DNA of 64,000 nt, filler included, from Globobulimina sp. (GCA_003354225.1; 16 parts of 16 records of this genome joined end to end with filler, not necessarily neighbours in it), one strand, 5' to 3'. Positions 48,078-60,203 are shown, counted from the first letter of the whole stretch. Program-made: numbers and translations. The notes: a model not told the origin generated them from the letters alone.

Positions 48078-48177
48078 NNNNNNNNNNNNNNNNNNNNNNN
48101 NNNNNNNNNNNNNNNNNNNNNTTAATTAATTAANNNNNNNNNNNNNNNNNNNNNNNNNNNNNNNNNNNNNNNNNNNN

Positions 48178-48498
48178 TCGTTGACCACGATTGCTTGATA
48201 CCACATAATTGTGCCACAAAATCCAATCCTCTCAACTTCCCTCTTATTGTCGTATAACGTATTTATCGGGAATATTAAGTCGTCTCATTGTCCTCCAAAA
48301 TTCAAGAAAGTAATCTTGATATGTTCCCTCTGACGATGCCTTTACTCCTCCATTCTGCGCTGAAAGTAAAATCGATTTATAAATTGGATTCACATAATTG
48401 AATAGCGGGCTGTTAAAGTTTCTTTCTCTGACTGTGTAGTTTTTGCATTTTTTGTTTTTAAGTATTTTTAGCGGCCCCTTACATTTTGTTTCAAGCAT
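48178..48498 (-). pseudogene. Putative N-terminus of the element's tyrosine recombinase, interrupted
   Basis: Position after RNase H; GVKASSEGTY...W resembles the 'A.ST..TY...W' start of DIRS recombinases; stop at 48244; catalytic residues lie outside the contig. Confidence 0.4.
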
Positions 48499-48616
48499 GG
48501 CACTTTTATTTTAGTTTTATTTTTATATTTTAAAGTAAGTCATATGTTTAACACACACATAATTTATCACATACAACAATATGTAAATCCAAGCAACAGT
48601 GCTTAACACGCAACTA

Positions 48617-50760
48617 TTACCATTTATGTATATTAGGAAAGATAAAATTTGCCGAATGATCAAATAAATCCCAATTATTAATTTTACATTTTTTCGCAGC
48701 CAATTGCTTAAATCGATTATAATCAAATCTCGATGCCATATCTGGTAACGTATTGTATTTCGTATTGACATAATTAATATAAACATGAATTTTATACTCC
48801 ACCGCAAACATACAAATCCATCTAAGACATGATTGTAGAAACTCATCAGAGGCATTCTTATTTTTTAATACATATTTTACGTATTTATTATCAGTTTTCA
48901 TCATTAATTTCGTGTATGGTTTGAATAAATGCCTGAAATTAAATAAACCAACAACGATTGCTATCATTTCAAAATGCGCAATGGCATAATCTGTCTCATA
49001 TTGTTTATTATGCGAAATGAAAGTATTTGTATATTTTTCTGGTACTTTTGCCGATATATAATGGCCTTTGTACCATACTCCTATGCCCGGGCACCATCCA
49101 TTCAATCTCGATCCATTTGTCGCACCATCAAAATGTATCTCATCTTCAGGTAATTCTGTGTTCCCTAAATCTAAAATTGACACTGAAGTAACTAAATCAA
49201 TGTATTTTGCCCACCACCAAATATCTTTCAATTCCCAAGATGTTAAATGAATCACTACATTTTTTCTACCATACAACTTTACATATTTATATAAACTGTC
49301 TCGCAAACGTCTTAGAAACGCTTTTCCGGGCCAACTTAAGTTGGAAATATCCTGTAATTTTCCAATAAGTGATTCAAATTCATCCAACATCATTGATTCA
49401 TGTAATAACGCGGCATATATTAATGTTTTAGCTTTCTGTATTTTTAATTTTGTTACAGATATCCTCATCGAATTGGTGTCAATGACAAAGCCAATTATTT
49501 CAAGCAAAGTCTTGGGCCCTCTCCGTTTACGAGGAAGCTCCTCTAATCCTAATAACTCTAAAAATTTACAGAAATTGGCAAATATATCCCGCGCTGTTTG
49601 TAAAATTGGCGGTAAAAATAGGATATAATCATCAATATAGTTATTTAAAATCAAATTCATTAATTGTTTGCAATTCAATTTTAAAATCAATAATTTATTG
49701 AAAAAATCAGCATTTTTTAATATTCGATAAACATCTGATGGTAAATTGAGAGCCGCTGCACATTCATTCAAAGAAATTAAAGCATTGCCATTTGGTAAGT
49801 ATTTATCTACCAATTTGCAAACTACTTTCATATTATTATCAAATAACCAATGTTTAATTATATTTTTATTCCATTTGAATAATAATTTATTTTTATAAAC
49901 ATACTCTTCATTAATTATCTCATTCTGCTTCAATTCATTTACAAATTTATTATAAAAATACATCAAATTACTTTTATCAATCACCATATTTATATCCTCC
50001 ACTAATTGTATACCATTTACTTTAATATTAAAATATCTGCACACAATTTGACCACAATCTTGTGTGTGTTTAGAGCCTGACCGAGTACCCCAAAAATCAT
50101 AACAATCCAAAATGATTTTGTTATCAAATTTATATGCACAATTTTCTGGTTCTGTAATGGCTAAAGGTAATTGACGAAAGGCAGTGGCTAAGTCAGTCTT
50201 TGCTAAATAGAAACCACTGCCCCATTGAATGTAAAATATACAGCAATAAGTAATCAGATTTTGTAAATAAAATAATTTAACATTGGCCTGGTCATCACCA
50301 GTCAACATATTTAACGATGGATATGATTCCGACCCAAACGTGCCATCCCTAATCACTCTCCATTGCAAAATCTCTCCCGTGATCGGATCAACTTCCTTTG
50401 GTCTCACAAATAATGGAACAAATCCATTTGGCCGACCTAACCATGCTACATTTTCCTCTTAATAAATCCTTCGTTAAATCTTTCGCGATTGCTATTTTCG
50501 CCAACCTTCCACCTGAATCATCTGGATATGTTTTCTGATTTAAAACCACATTTTCATTATTTTCTATACCAATTTTCCAGCCAAATTTCAAGTTATGTTG
50601 AATTAATATACATAAATATTTGTACGAATCATCACTATGTTTAATTACAAATGGTATTATCTCATCAAACCACAATCCACTCGAATAGACTAATTTTGAT
50701 ATTCTATAATTCGAAGAAGCATATGCTTGTCTAAAGGCTGCTAATATTAAATTTTCTGTG
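48617..50760 (-). CDS. Reverse transcriptase-RNase H with SAM-like insertion; frameshift near 50451
   Basis: WRVIRD, SLN, AKTDLATAFRQLP, FWGTRSG, YIDD, LG...K...IIGFVID, LIGKL; RNase H FDGA...IAHFEM...TDN...NTLPDMASR. Confidence 0.9.
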
Positions 50761-51373
50761 TCTGCGTGATTTTAATTTAATTTGCCAATATGTACATTTA
50801 TTGTGTATATATATAAAACGTATATATTCAGAAATACATATAAAATAGAAAACATATTTTAAAGTCACACCCCTTGTTTCAACTTACTTGTTAAAACGAC
50901 TCCTTTCAAATTACTTTTTGCGGAGAATTTTTAAGGATAACACACAAACATTGCTGCCCCATACATAAACATCAAAGAGTAACACCTATTACTTATAACC
51001 TGACGCTATGTGTTTTATGGTTGCTATCTGCCAGTTCTCTCAACACAGATTTTTTAGTTTTTACAAAATGAAACGTAAATTAAATAAAAGTTACAACAAT
51101 AACTTTAGTGATACGCACAAAAACAAAAAATAAGCAACTATTGATTTGCAACTTTAACAAACAAAGCAACCAATTCAAAAGTTTCCACCATGCAATAAAT
51201 GTATAATAAAACACAAAAATCCATAATACCACGATATCATAGATAGTTCATTAAAAATAATAATCAGATCTTTATTTTGGAATAAATTGATACAACAATA
51301 TCAAATAAAAAACCAGATCCAAAATAATTTATAAAATAAAATGATGAGTAATATAATAAAATGATTAAATTAC

Positions 51374-52087
51374 TTAATTCCTTCTAGATCTCTCATGAAA
51401 ATGTCCTGCCACATGACCAGATTGTGCGGCTGGACAATCTTTCGCTAAATGAGCGCCTGCAATGCCACAAAATGTACAATAATGTCCATAATTGCAATCC
51501 AAAAAATTTGCATATCTGCATCTGTTTCTTTTTGCATATCGACATATTTCTTTTCCTTTATGTTCATCCTTAATATAATATTGCCCTCTCCTTTTAATAT
51601 AGAGATGCTCACTGACATGATTTCCATCTTCTTTTCGTTCATTCTCTCGATTTCTACGTCCATTATCACTCATTCCTGCGTCTTCTCGATATGGTTCGTA
51701 TGGATATTGATTGCGTGGCTGTTGCCTTTGTTGTATTCTTCTTCTTTTCGAACGGCTTCCATAATCGTATTGGTTTCCTTTCTCCCAACTTCTTCTGTTT
51801 CTTTTTCTTTCCTCGGCGAGCTTCTTCTTTAATTGCGTAGGGCAATTCCGCTGAAAATGCGGTTTACCACATGTAAAACACGCAAATTGCTTCTTTTTTT
51901 CTTTTGATTGGTCATTCAATACAACTTCGTCAATATCGCCCAAACATACCTCCGGCAACGCACTCATTACAATTGCCGGCTTATCGTCAGATTTACACAT
52001 TTGTGTCCATTGATGCATGAAATTTGCTGTATTCCACGCCAATTTTGGCTCATTTTCATTATTAATAAATTTATTTGCTTCAAATGC
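51374..52087 (-). CDS. Gag-like protein with CCHC and CCCH zinc fingers, 5' truncated
   Basis: CFTCGKPHFQRNC and CRY..RNRCRY....CNYGHYCTFCG..AHLAKDC. Confidence 0.8.
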   Translation of the reverse strand, partial: AFEANKFINNENEPKLAWNTANFMHQWTQMCKSDDKPAIVMSALPEVCLGDIDEVVLNDQSKEKKKQFACFTCGKPHFQRNCPTQLKKKLAEERKRNRRSWEKGNQYDYGSRSKRRRIQQRQQPRNQYPYEPYREDAGMSDNGRRNRENERKEDGNHVSEHLYIKRRGQYYIKDEHKGKEICRYAKRNRCRYANFLDCNYGHYCTFCGIAGAHLAKDCPAAQSGHVAGHFHERSRRN

Positions 52088-52187
52088 NNNNNNNNNNNNN
52101 NNNNNNNNNNNNNNNNNNNNNNNNNNNNNNNTTAATTAATTAANNNNNNNNNNNNNNNNNNNNNNNNNNNNNNNNNNNNNNNNNNNN

Positions 52188-53379
52188 CTTGATATTTATT
52201 TGATGATAAATACTTTGATAATGTGTTATTTTTTAATGCTAAATAAGCATCGTCACCGCTATCTGGATTTTATATAACAAAACACCTGTAAACATTTTAA
52301 ACAAAAGCATTCCCAAAGCATACATATCAGCTTTTGTCGGATTAAATATTTCTCCTTCAACTTGTTGCGGACATTTATGAATGAAATCTTTTGTAAATCT
52401 GTCTTTAAAACATTGCATAGATTCACATTTTGTATACAATGGAAATAATTCAGATTGCCCAAAATCGCATAATTTTACACAAATATTCTTGGTATCAACA
52501 GTTATCAGACCATCTTGTTTATTTTCAATAAAATTTGCATTTTCGAGCATTATATTTATAGCATCATTTAAATCCAAGTGGCAACATTTCATATCATTGT
52601 GCATCCAGTATACAAATTTACAACCAACTGCCAAAATAAATATTTTATGACAATTCTCCAATGTTTTAATTTTAATTTTTTTTCTTTAATATATTGATGT
52701 GCTGTAAATAAAAATTTATCCAAACTCATGGAACCGCCATATTCTTCAACTAAATAATATGCATTTTATTTTTCTATAAAATCTATATATTTACAAATAT
52801 TATTTGACGGGGAATTATTTTTTATAGTTAAATAATTTAAAATTATGGCTTCTTTGATTATATTCTTTGAAATTATGCCTTCTTTCTCTCCATCACCATC
52901 TATCCCATTCTCTTTGTTATATTTTCTGTACCAAATATATTGTTATAATTAGATGATATCATTGGTGAAGAATCTAAATTAATATTATTTCTTTTCATTA
53001 TTTTTCGATTGGCTGCAATTTCAATTAATTTGGCGCAATATACACATCCATTCATCGTATTTGTTATTTTGTTTTCAATTTTGTATCCATATTGATTTAA
53101 TAAAACATCATCGATCATTTGTTGAGATTGTTGCTTTAAATCAAAAGAAGATGAAGAATTTCTTGATGATGATGAATCATCATCAATATCAGATATTGAT
53201 GAATAAGCAGAATATTGGACTGATGAAATAGTTGGCGATGCCTTATTTATTGTCGGGTTTGTCTGTGTTTTTTGTACGGACCACGGTTTTGATTTTAAAT
53301 TGGTTGATGGCAAACCAATATGTAATGGTCTGTCTGATTTAGGATCATACTCGTTCTCCTTCAAGAAAATAGTTGCCAT
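52188..53379 (-). pseudogene. Protein kinase pseudogene, copy A
   Basis: YLVEEYGG, CHLDL, VKLCDFG and ADMYALG lie in several frames; 1-nt deletion near 52270 relative to copy B. Confidence 0.8.
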
Positions 53380-53587
53380 TAGATTTTTTTAGTTTAAATT
53401 TGTAGCTAGTTTACAGATTGTTAGGCGTTTAATTTCAAATCAGAAAAATATAATTTTGACATAAAATGCTACGATTAAACATAAAATATAATATTAATTT
53501 AAATTGTTACATTTAAACATAAAATGCTACGATTAATAATTTTGATTTTCTTCATCGTTACTTATAGCACCAATAAATGCATTAAAA

Positions 53588-54825
53588 TTATAGAGTTCCA
53601 TATTGTTGATGATATTTTGTTAATGTCTGTTCAATTTGACATTGACTAAACCCTAATTCCGCTGCATATGATTTAACACTTTGTAATTCTTTCGTTAATA
53701 TTACTGAACAACACATTTTCTTAAATATTCCAAGCCATTTTTTTTTCTCTGATTTAGAAGCACCATAAATATAAATACTTGGAAACATTTCATCTTTGAA
53801 CCAAAGTTGCAACGAATACGCACCATTATCCCCATTCAAATCGTCGATATTCAATAATTTGGTCCAGTCAATGCATATTGTTGATGGAAATGGATTTCCA
53901 GACTTATTTTTTGCGCAATTCTTTCTATCAATCACTAAACATTTATCCGTTACCATGATCCAACAACTTTGCATCGATGAACATAAACCAAACTGAATAT
54001 AAACAGACCCTTCTTTGATAATATTAACGTTAACTTTCCTCTCATCATCCAATAATTGTAATTTCTCTTCTTGCACAGCAGCGTGTGCTGCAAACCTATT
54101 CCGATCATCGCATATTTGTTGTAAACATGTACCAGCACCGAGTACAACGGGAGCCACACCAAAACCAATGACGCTGCCACCTTTCATTACAGCTTTACAT
54201 CCTTTCTGGCAATTATCTGTACCAACCACCTGCACGCTACCTTTGTTCGCATCTATGCATACTTGAAGACCACTACCCGCTGGAGGTTCGGTTGAAATTC
54301 CCTGACTGACAAAATATATGATTCCAGCAACAACGACAACAACAGCCACAAAAGCACCTACTTTTAAAGCACCATCAAGTATAATAGTCATATATTGTCG
54401 TGATTGGATACTTTGGGCATTTCCTAACTTGCACCAAACCGCAAATGTCTCGCAGTTTTTAAATATTGCATTGTATCCAGACTGATTTATCTGTTTTCTT
54501 GCCCGAGCCACAACTTCCTTATCGGGGAATGCATCTTGTTTCATATATTTATGTTTGCGTAAATCCAATTTGCCATTATATTCTTTTCTAACTCTTGCAC
54601 AAAATACACCAAATGGTGTTGATTGAATACTGCCTTTCTTGGCTACATATTACATAATGAGTTATGTGGACAGTGGACGAAAGAAAAAATGAGTTATGTG
54701 GACTGTACCCGATCTATCTGGCTGATACTCAATTACTTGGTTATTTTCTTCATCGAATATACCAAAATGTCTTAGACCACCTCCCGGCATCATTTTGGTT
54801 GGAACAGAAAGAACATCGCCATGCT
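53588..54825 (-). CDS. LRAT/permuted NlpC-P60-like domain, TM helix, PH-like domain; 5' exon unresolved
   Basis: Upstream exon HGDVLSV...RHFGIF...VIEY; main exon YNAIFKNCETFAVWCKLG; VGAFVAVVVVVAGIIYFV; IKEGSV...EKKKWLGIF. Confidence 0.7.
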
Positions 54826-55501
54826 TTAAATCAGAAATGTTATTTTTTTTTTTTTTTTTTTTCTATAACGAGCCAAATCTTGTGCTCAGATTGAAAATAA
54901 ATAAGTGGCACCACTCGTACCTTAATAACCCTTTTGTAAATACAACGAAACAAATTTCGCCATAATTACATAAAAAAACACACCAATCAATAAAAAAAAA
55001 GAACACATAAACAAATATTGGATTGGTTGCTAATAAACACAAACAAAACATACAAAACATTCAAATCAAAAACGAAGTTAATATCCGGTGCAATTACTTT
55101 AAAATAAATGATTATTTAATGTTTTGATTGTATTAAATTTATTTTTGTAATACCTTTTTTTTGGATAATTCATGATTACTGATAATCGCATTTTTGATGT
55201 CATCTATCCCATGCAAATCACTGCAGTCACAACTATTGAGCTAATTTGGACAATTGGATTGATTGATTGTTACAATCACTGCAGTGTATCGTCTGTTTGA
55301 GACAGAAATCTTATTCAAACAGAAATATTTGATACACAGATATACATTTATAAAATAATTTATCCGGTTTATCCAAGGATAAAATCTTCAAAAAAACGGA
55401 GGAGAAAGTACGTAAGATACGAAATACAGATTCAAAAACACAAAAAAATAAATAATAAATCACTGCAGACACAATGATATTACGAGTGTAATTTAAAAAA
55501 T

Positions 55502-56095
55502 TTATAACGGTACTTTTGTCGGATATGTCTTTTGTTTAATACGATATATATATCTGCTATAATAATTTTTAAACCATTCATTATGAATCACATCAACTGT
55601 GCTTATTCTTTCTGTTTCATTCAAATTCAATAATTTCTGCATTAAATCCATGGCATTTTTATTAACACCTTTCAACAAATTATTTGATGATAAATACTTT
55701 GATAATGTGTTATTTTTTAATGCTAAATAAGCATCGTCACCGCTATCTGGATATTTATATAACAAAACACCTGTAAACATTTTAAACAAAACCATTCCCA
55801 AAGCATACATATCAGCTTTTGCTGGATTAAATATTTCTCCTTCAACTTGTTGCGGACATTTATGAATAAAATCTTTTGTAAATCCGTCTTTAAAACATTG
55901 CATAGATTAACATTTTGTAAACAATGGAAACAATTCAGATTGCCCAAAATCGCACAATTTTACATAAATATTCTTGATATCAACAGTGATCAAACCATCG
56001 ATCTTGTTTATTTTCAATAAAATTTGCATTTTCAAGCATTATATTTGTAGCATCATTTAAATTCAAGTGGCAACATTTCATATCATTGTGCATCC
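55502..56095 (-). pseudogene. Protein kinase copy B (C-lobe), frameshifted
   Basis: Near-identical to 52188-52606 at an offset of about 3.49 kb; extra 4 nt (GATC duplication) near 56000. Confidence 0.75.
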
Positions 56096-56314
56096 NNNNN
56101 NNNNNNNNNNNNNNNNNNNNNNNNNNNNNNNNNNNNNNNTTAATTAATTAANNNNNNNNNNNNNNNNNNNNNNNNNNNNNNNNNNNNNNNNNNNNGATCA
56201 TATCTTGGAATATTTGGGTGAAAATTTATGTAAATCAGGACACAGAAAAGCAATGGCTGCATTGAAAAAAAACAAAGATGTAAACTCGTATATGTTACAA
56301 GTCGGTCATGGACA

Positions 56315-57616
56315 GGCTCATTTATTGCGGATCTGCAATGTGGAGCTTTTGGTGGTGTGGAACATCATTGTGGAGGTTTTCAAACTGCGCCTCCAAGCTT
56401 TTTCATGTTTAACATTAAATGCTCGGCATGAAAAACTTTACCTCTGTAATGTCCAACATGCAGCCATCTTCTCGTTCGTCTGAAACGAAGGCGAACCGCA
56501 CCGTCAGTCATTGGATGATTGTAAATTGCAAATGCAATCTCAATCCAATGCACAGTCCTGAAACTCCTGCCTAGCTCAAGTAGAGCACTGGATAGATATA
56601 TCCAGAAGATTCAGGTTCAAAGCCTGAGGCGGCCCCAACAAACATATTCAAATGAGATTGATTGAGAAAAGGAATGAGAAAAGGAAATCAGCAAAGGAAT
56701 TGAGGAGATATTTTATAATACGTTTGGCGATGAGGATATGCTCGTTATTTATACAGAGAGCAATTATAAACACGCAAATTATGCCATATTTACAGCCTCA
56801 ACTAAGCACGAAATTGATTATACTTTGCGAGATTTTTCAGTATAAAATTGGAGGCAACATATTTGTGTATGATGAATTGATGATGCGAATAATTTTATAT
56901 TGATTTGTGTGACGACTGCGTCACTATTGACATTGATAATTGTATGACTATTCCAATGGATACTCATTTGCAGTCATATTATGCGGAAACAATGAAATGG
57001 AACACATTCAACAAAGGGATCAAAATTCAATGCAAATTAAGTCATTTTCATCGAGTATAGATCGGAAACGCAAACGGAAAGAGAAGAAATTAAATTTGTT
57101 GGGTTTGGAGACTGTAAAAAAGTGAAAAAGTAAATAGGACGGATAATAATGAGATGTTTGAACAAAGCAAAATAAAAAATGGATCTATGAAGGATCCGAA
57201 TGAGATTTTAATTGATTTTATGAATAAAAAAGGAGTGAAAGAAGATATTGATATTATTATGGCGAATTTTAGGTGGATTTTATTGGATATTTTGTTTGTT
57301 ATTTTATGGCGTATTTTATATGGCTTTTATGGCATTTTATGGCGAATTGTATATGGCTATTTTATGGCGTATTTTAGGTGTATTTTATTATGTATTTTGT
57401 TTGTTATTTTGTGGTTTGTATTGTATTTTAATTAATCATTTTAAATATGTTCGTCTTAGAAATGTTGCGGAACAAGTGTATACTTGCTCCACTATGCGGA
57501 TTTGCTGTTCGAAAACTGCGCCGCCAAACCACTGCCAATTTGAGTGACTGCGCCTCCAAGCTGGTTCCGCAAAACATACCAAAAGCTCCACATTGCAGAT
57601 CCGCAATAAATGAGCC
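56315..57616. mobile_element. Non-autonomous TIR DNA transposon, 1302 bp, 39-bp perfect TIRs, 9-bp TSD
   Basis: TIR GGCTCATTTATTGCGGATCTGCAATGTGGAGCTTTTGGT at both ends; TCATGGACA at 56306-56314 and 57617-57625; no transposase ORF. Confidence 0.95.
56565..56637 (+). tRNA. tRNA-like sequence or tRNA pseudogene, anticodon not assignable
   Basis: TAGCTCAAGTAGAGC D-arm/A-box, CTGGA/TCCAG stem with 8-nt loop, TCAGG-TTCAAAG-CCTGA T-arm/B-box; only 5 acceptor-stem pairs. Confidence 0.7.
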
Positions 57617-57921
57617 TCATGGACATTGGATTGATTCGAAGAGAAAAGTGACAATTGCGAGATTTATAAATCATTCATGTGATCCAAATTTATTATGTGA
57701 GAAATATGTTAATGCATTTGGAATGGCATCGATACATTTTGTTGCTTTGAGAAATATTGCTATCGGTGAAGAGCTAACTTTTAATTATGGCAACGGATTT
57801 TCCGCTGGAAGATATGCGTTTAAATGCCAATGTGAAGTTTGTAAATGAATTGGTGATTTTGTTTATTTAATTTATTTTTAAACAGGTTTATAAAAACTTT
57901 AATTCAATCGCCGGCCACACA

Positions 57922-58698
57922 ATGTCGTCGTCCCCATTTTTCAACACGCCGTCGTCCCCAAGCCGGGCCTATCTAGAAATTTTACGTCCTCGAGCAACGC
58001 CGCCGTCCCCAAACGCCAATCAAAACGGCAATCACAATAACTTTGGAGCAACGCCGTCTCCAACGAGAACCATCAGCAGTGAGCCCGCCATCAGCAGTGA
58101 GCCAAGTAGTGAAAGAACGAGAACCATCAGCAGTGAGCCCGCCCGCATCAATGTAACGGGACGAAATGGAATTAATATCAATGTAAATGGCAATGCCAAC
58201 AATGTTAATATAACCGGACATAATGGTCTGAATATCTCTGTAAATAGCAGTGATTCGGCGGGGCGGGCAATCGCGTCGTCCCCAAGTTTATCGCCAATTG
58301 CAAGAAGTGATTCAACGGGGCGGGCAATTGCAAGAAGTGATTCGTCCCCAAGTTTTACACCAAATTCGTCGTCGGGGCGTGCAATCGCGTCGTCAAGTTC
58401 GTCCCCAAGTTTTACGCCAAATTCGTCGTCGGGGCGGGCAATCGCGTCGTCCCCAAGTTTATCGGCAATATCGGCAATTTCTTATGATTCGACGGGGCGG
58501 ATAATTTATTATGACCGCAATGGACAGCGGTACGTATGGACACCGTCGGTGTCGCGGTCGGTGACAACAGGATCGCCTTATATTCCGCCACAATCCCAAA
58601 GACATCAATTCATGACCCAAAGACATGCAATGAGGACAAGAAGACAGCGACAAATTGAATCGCGCCCAAGATCATTTTCCATTGGCTTTAATATTTGA
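57922..58698 (+). CDS. Ser/Pro-rich low-complexity repeat protein
   Basis: 258-aa ORF with GRAIA(S/R)S..PS repeats, TISSEP repeats and INVxG repeats. Confidence 0.6.
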   Translation: MSSSPFFNTPSSPSRAYLEILRPRATPPSPNANQNGNHNNFGATPSPTRTISSEPAISSEPSSERTRTISSEPARINVTGRNGININVNGNANNVNITGHNGLNISVNSSDSAGRAIASSPSLSPIARSDSTGRAIARSDSSPSFTPNSSSGRAIASSSSSPSFTPNSSSGRAIASSPSLSAISAISYDSTGRIIYYDRNGQRYVWTPSVSRSVTTGSPYIPPQSQRHQFMTQRHAMRTRRQRQIESRPRSFSIGFNI

Positions 58699-59240
58699 TT
58701 TGTTTGACTTTTTAAATGTTTTTTGATGTTTGGCTTTTTTGTGCGAATTGCGTCTGGATTTGTTTTTTTTTTTTGTATTACTTATATTTATTATTACTTA
58801 ATAATCCTTGCACTTTGCGAAATTGAATATTATCCTTGCACTCAGACATTGTTAAGAATAAAAATAAAGATGTTTGCATTAATTCGTTGCTTCAGTTAGT
58901 TTTTGGCAAACTTGCAAAATATTCTTAAAACACTATTTAAAGAAAGTATTGTCGCAACGCGGTAAAAAGAAAGTAATATTAATGAATTCAATGCATAAAT
59001 AATTTAAACAATACAAGTAATCGTCAAAAGAAAACACATGCAACGCACATAAAACGTAAACACAAAATACTTAATTAAACACTATAATAAACGTAAAAAA
59101 AGCACAAAACATACAAAAAAAAAACAAATTTCATTTAAAAACATACAATATCACTTAAAAAAAAAAAATTGCTGACAATTTCGCATTTATATTCAATAAA
59201 TTTGATTGCTCATTAAATATAAATATAACCCAATTTAAAA

Positions 59241-59971
59241 TTAATTATGATTTCTCTGCGGCTGCATAAAGGAGCGTGGTGCGCCACATTTAAAATCCAC
59301 CCTACGTCTTTTTGGTGATGGCTCCCGATATTCCTCTTCCTCACTCTCTTCCTCTTCCTCCTCGCTCTCTTCCTCTTCCTCATCCGATGATATCAAATCG
59401 ATTAAATCCCACTTTCTTTTTTCTTTGCGTCGTTGCGCGGCGAAAAAACGGCGATCATGCTCGATATCCCGCCTATTCGCTTCAGCCATCATGGCGGATA
59501 TCTGCGGATAAGGACGTGGACTCGGTGAAGGCGACTCGATTTTAAGAGTATGGCCACTCGGTGACGCGGATGCGGATACATTTAATTGATGGTAATTGTC
59601 CGGACCCGGTGAAGCGGATAAATTGGCTCGACCCGGTGATGGTAATTCTTGGGATCCATTTAATAAATAAATAGCATTATTTAATTCCAATTCCGGCGAT
59701 GCATTATTCTGATCATTATTTAATAAAAAAAAAATGCCGTCGATGATGCATTATTCTGATCATTATTTAATAATTCCGGCGGTGCGATATTCTGATCATT
59801 CGAATTCACATTTGGCTCATTCAGATCTTGCCCATTCAATTGCCGCCATGGTGGAATATCTTGCCCATTCAGATCTTGCCCATCCAAAGCGAATAGATCA
59901 GCTCCACTGATTTTGTCGACCGGCGCACTCGACTCTCGGCGATGTTTATTTGGTTCCGGCGTGACAGACAT
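59241..59971 (-). CDS. Low-complexity protein with acidic tract and basic NLS-like motif; frame broken near 59720
   Basis: Two adjacent ORFs separated by a local duplication and T-run; IDLISSDEEEE and PSPKRRR. Confidence 0.45.
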
Positions 59972-60203
59972 TGTGAAGAATAAAAATAAAGATGTTAGTT
60001 AGTTTTTGGCAAACTTGCAAAATAAAAACAAAAAAAAACAGAAATTTCCCACTTAAATAACTCAGTCATTGACAAACATCGATCACATGATATTGAAAAT
60101 AGTNNNNNNNNNNNNNNNNNNNNNNNNNNNNNNNNNNNNNNNNNNNNTTAATTAATTAANNNNNNNNNNNNNNNNNNNNNNNNNNNNNNNNNNNNNNNNN
60201 NNN

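Larger units (their letters stand above)
48178..52087 (-). mobile_element. DIRS-like (tyrosine-recombinase class) retrotransposon, both ends missing
   Basis: Order gag-like, RT/RNase H, then a putative recombinase N-terminus; no protease or DDE integrase visible. Confidence 0.85.
56196..57848 (+). pseudogene. SET-domain methyltransferase gene split by a DNA transposon
   Basis: Removing 56315-57625 gives ILEYLGE...SYMLQVGHGHWIDSKRKVTIARFINHSCDPN...ALRNIAIGEELTFNYG...CQCEVC in one frame. Confidence 0.9.

Noticed and set aside
56565-56637. Functional tRNA with an assignable anticodon
   Set aside because: The loop is 8 nt, the D-loop lacks GG, and two acceptor pairs are mismatched.
56315-57616. 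Transposon removed as an intron to leave a working SET gene
   Set aside because: No GT...AG pair at the termini that restores the frame was found.
3921-60203. Regular 4-kb periodicity of TTAATTAATTAA as a biological repeat
   Set aside because: Always embedded in N-runs of fixed total length, with contig sizes falling steadily from 3919 to 3908: an assembly concatenation linker.
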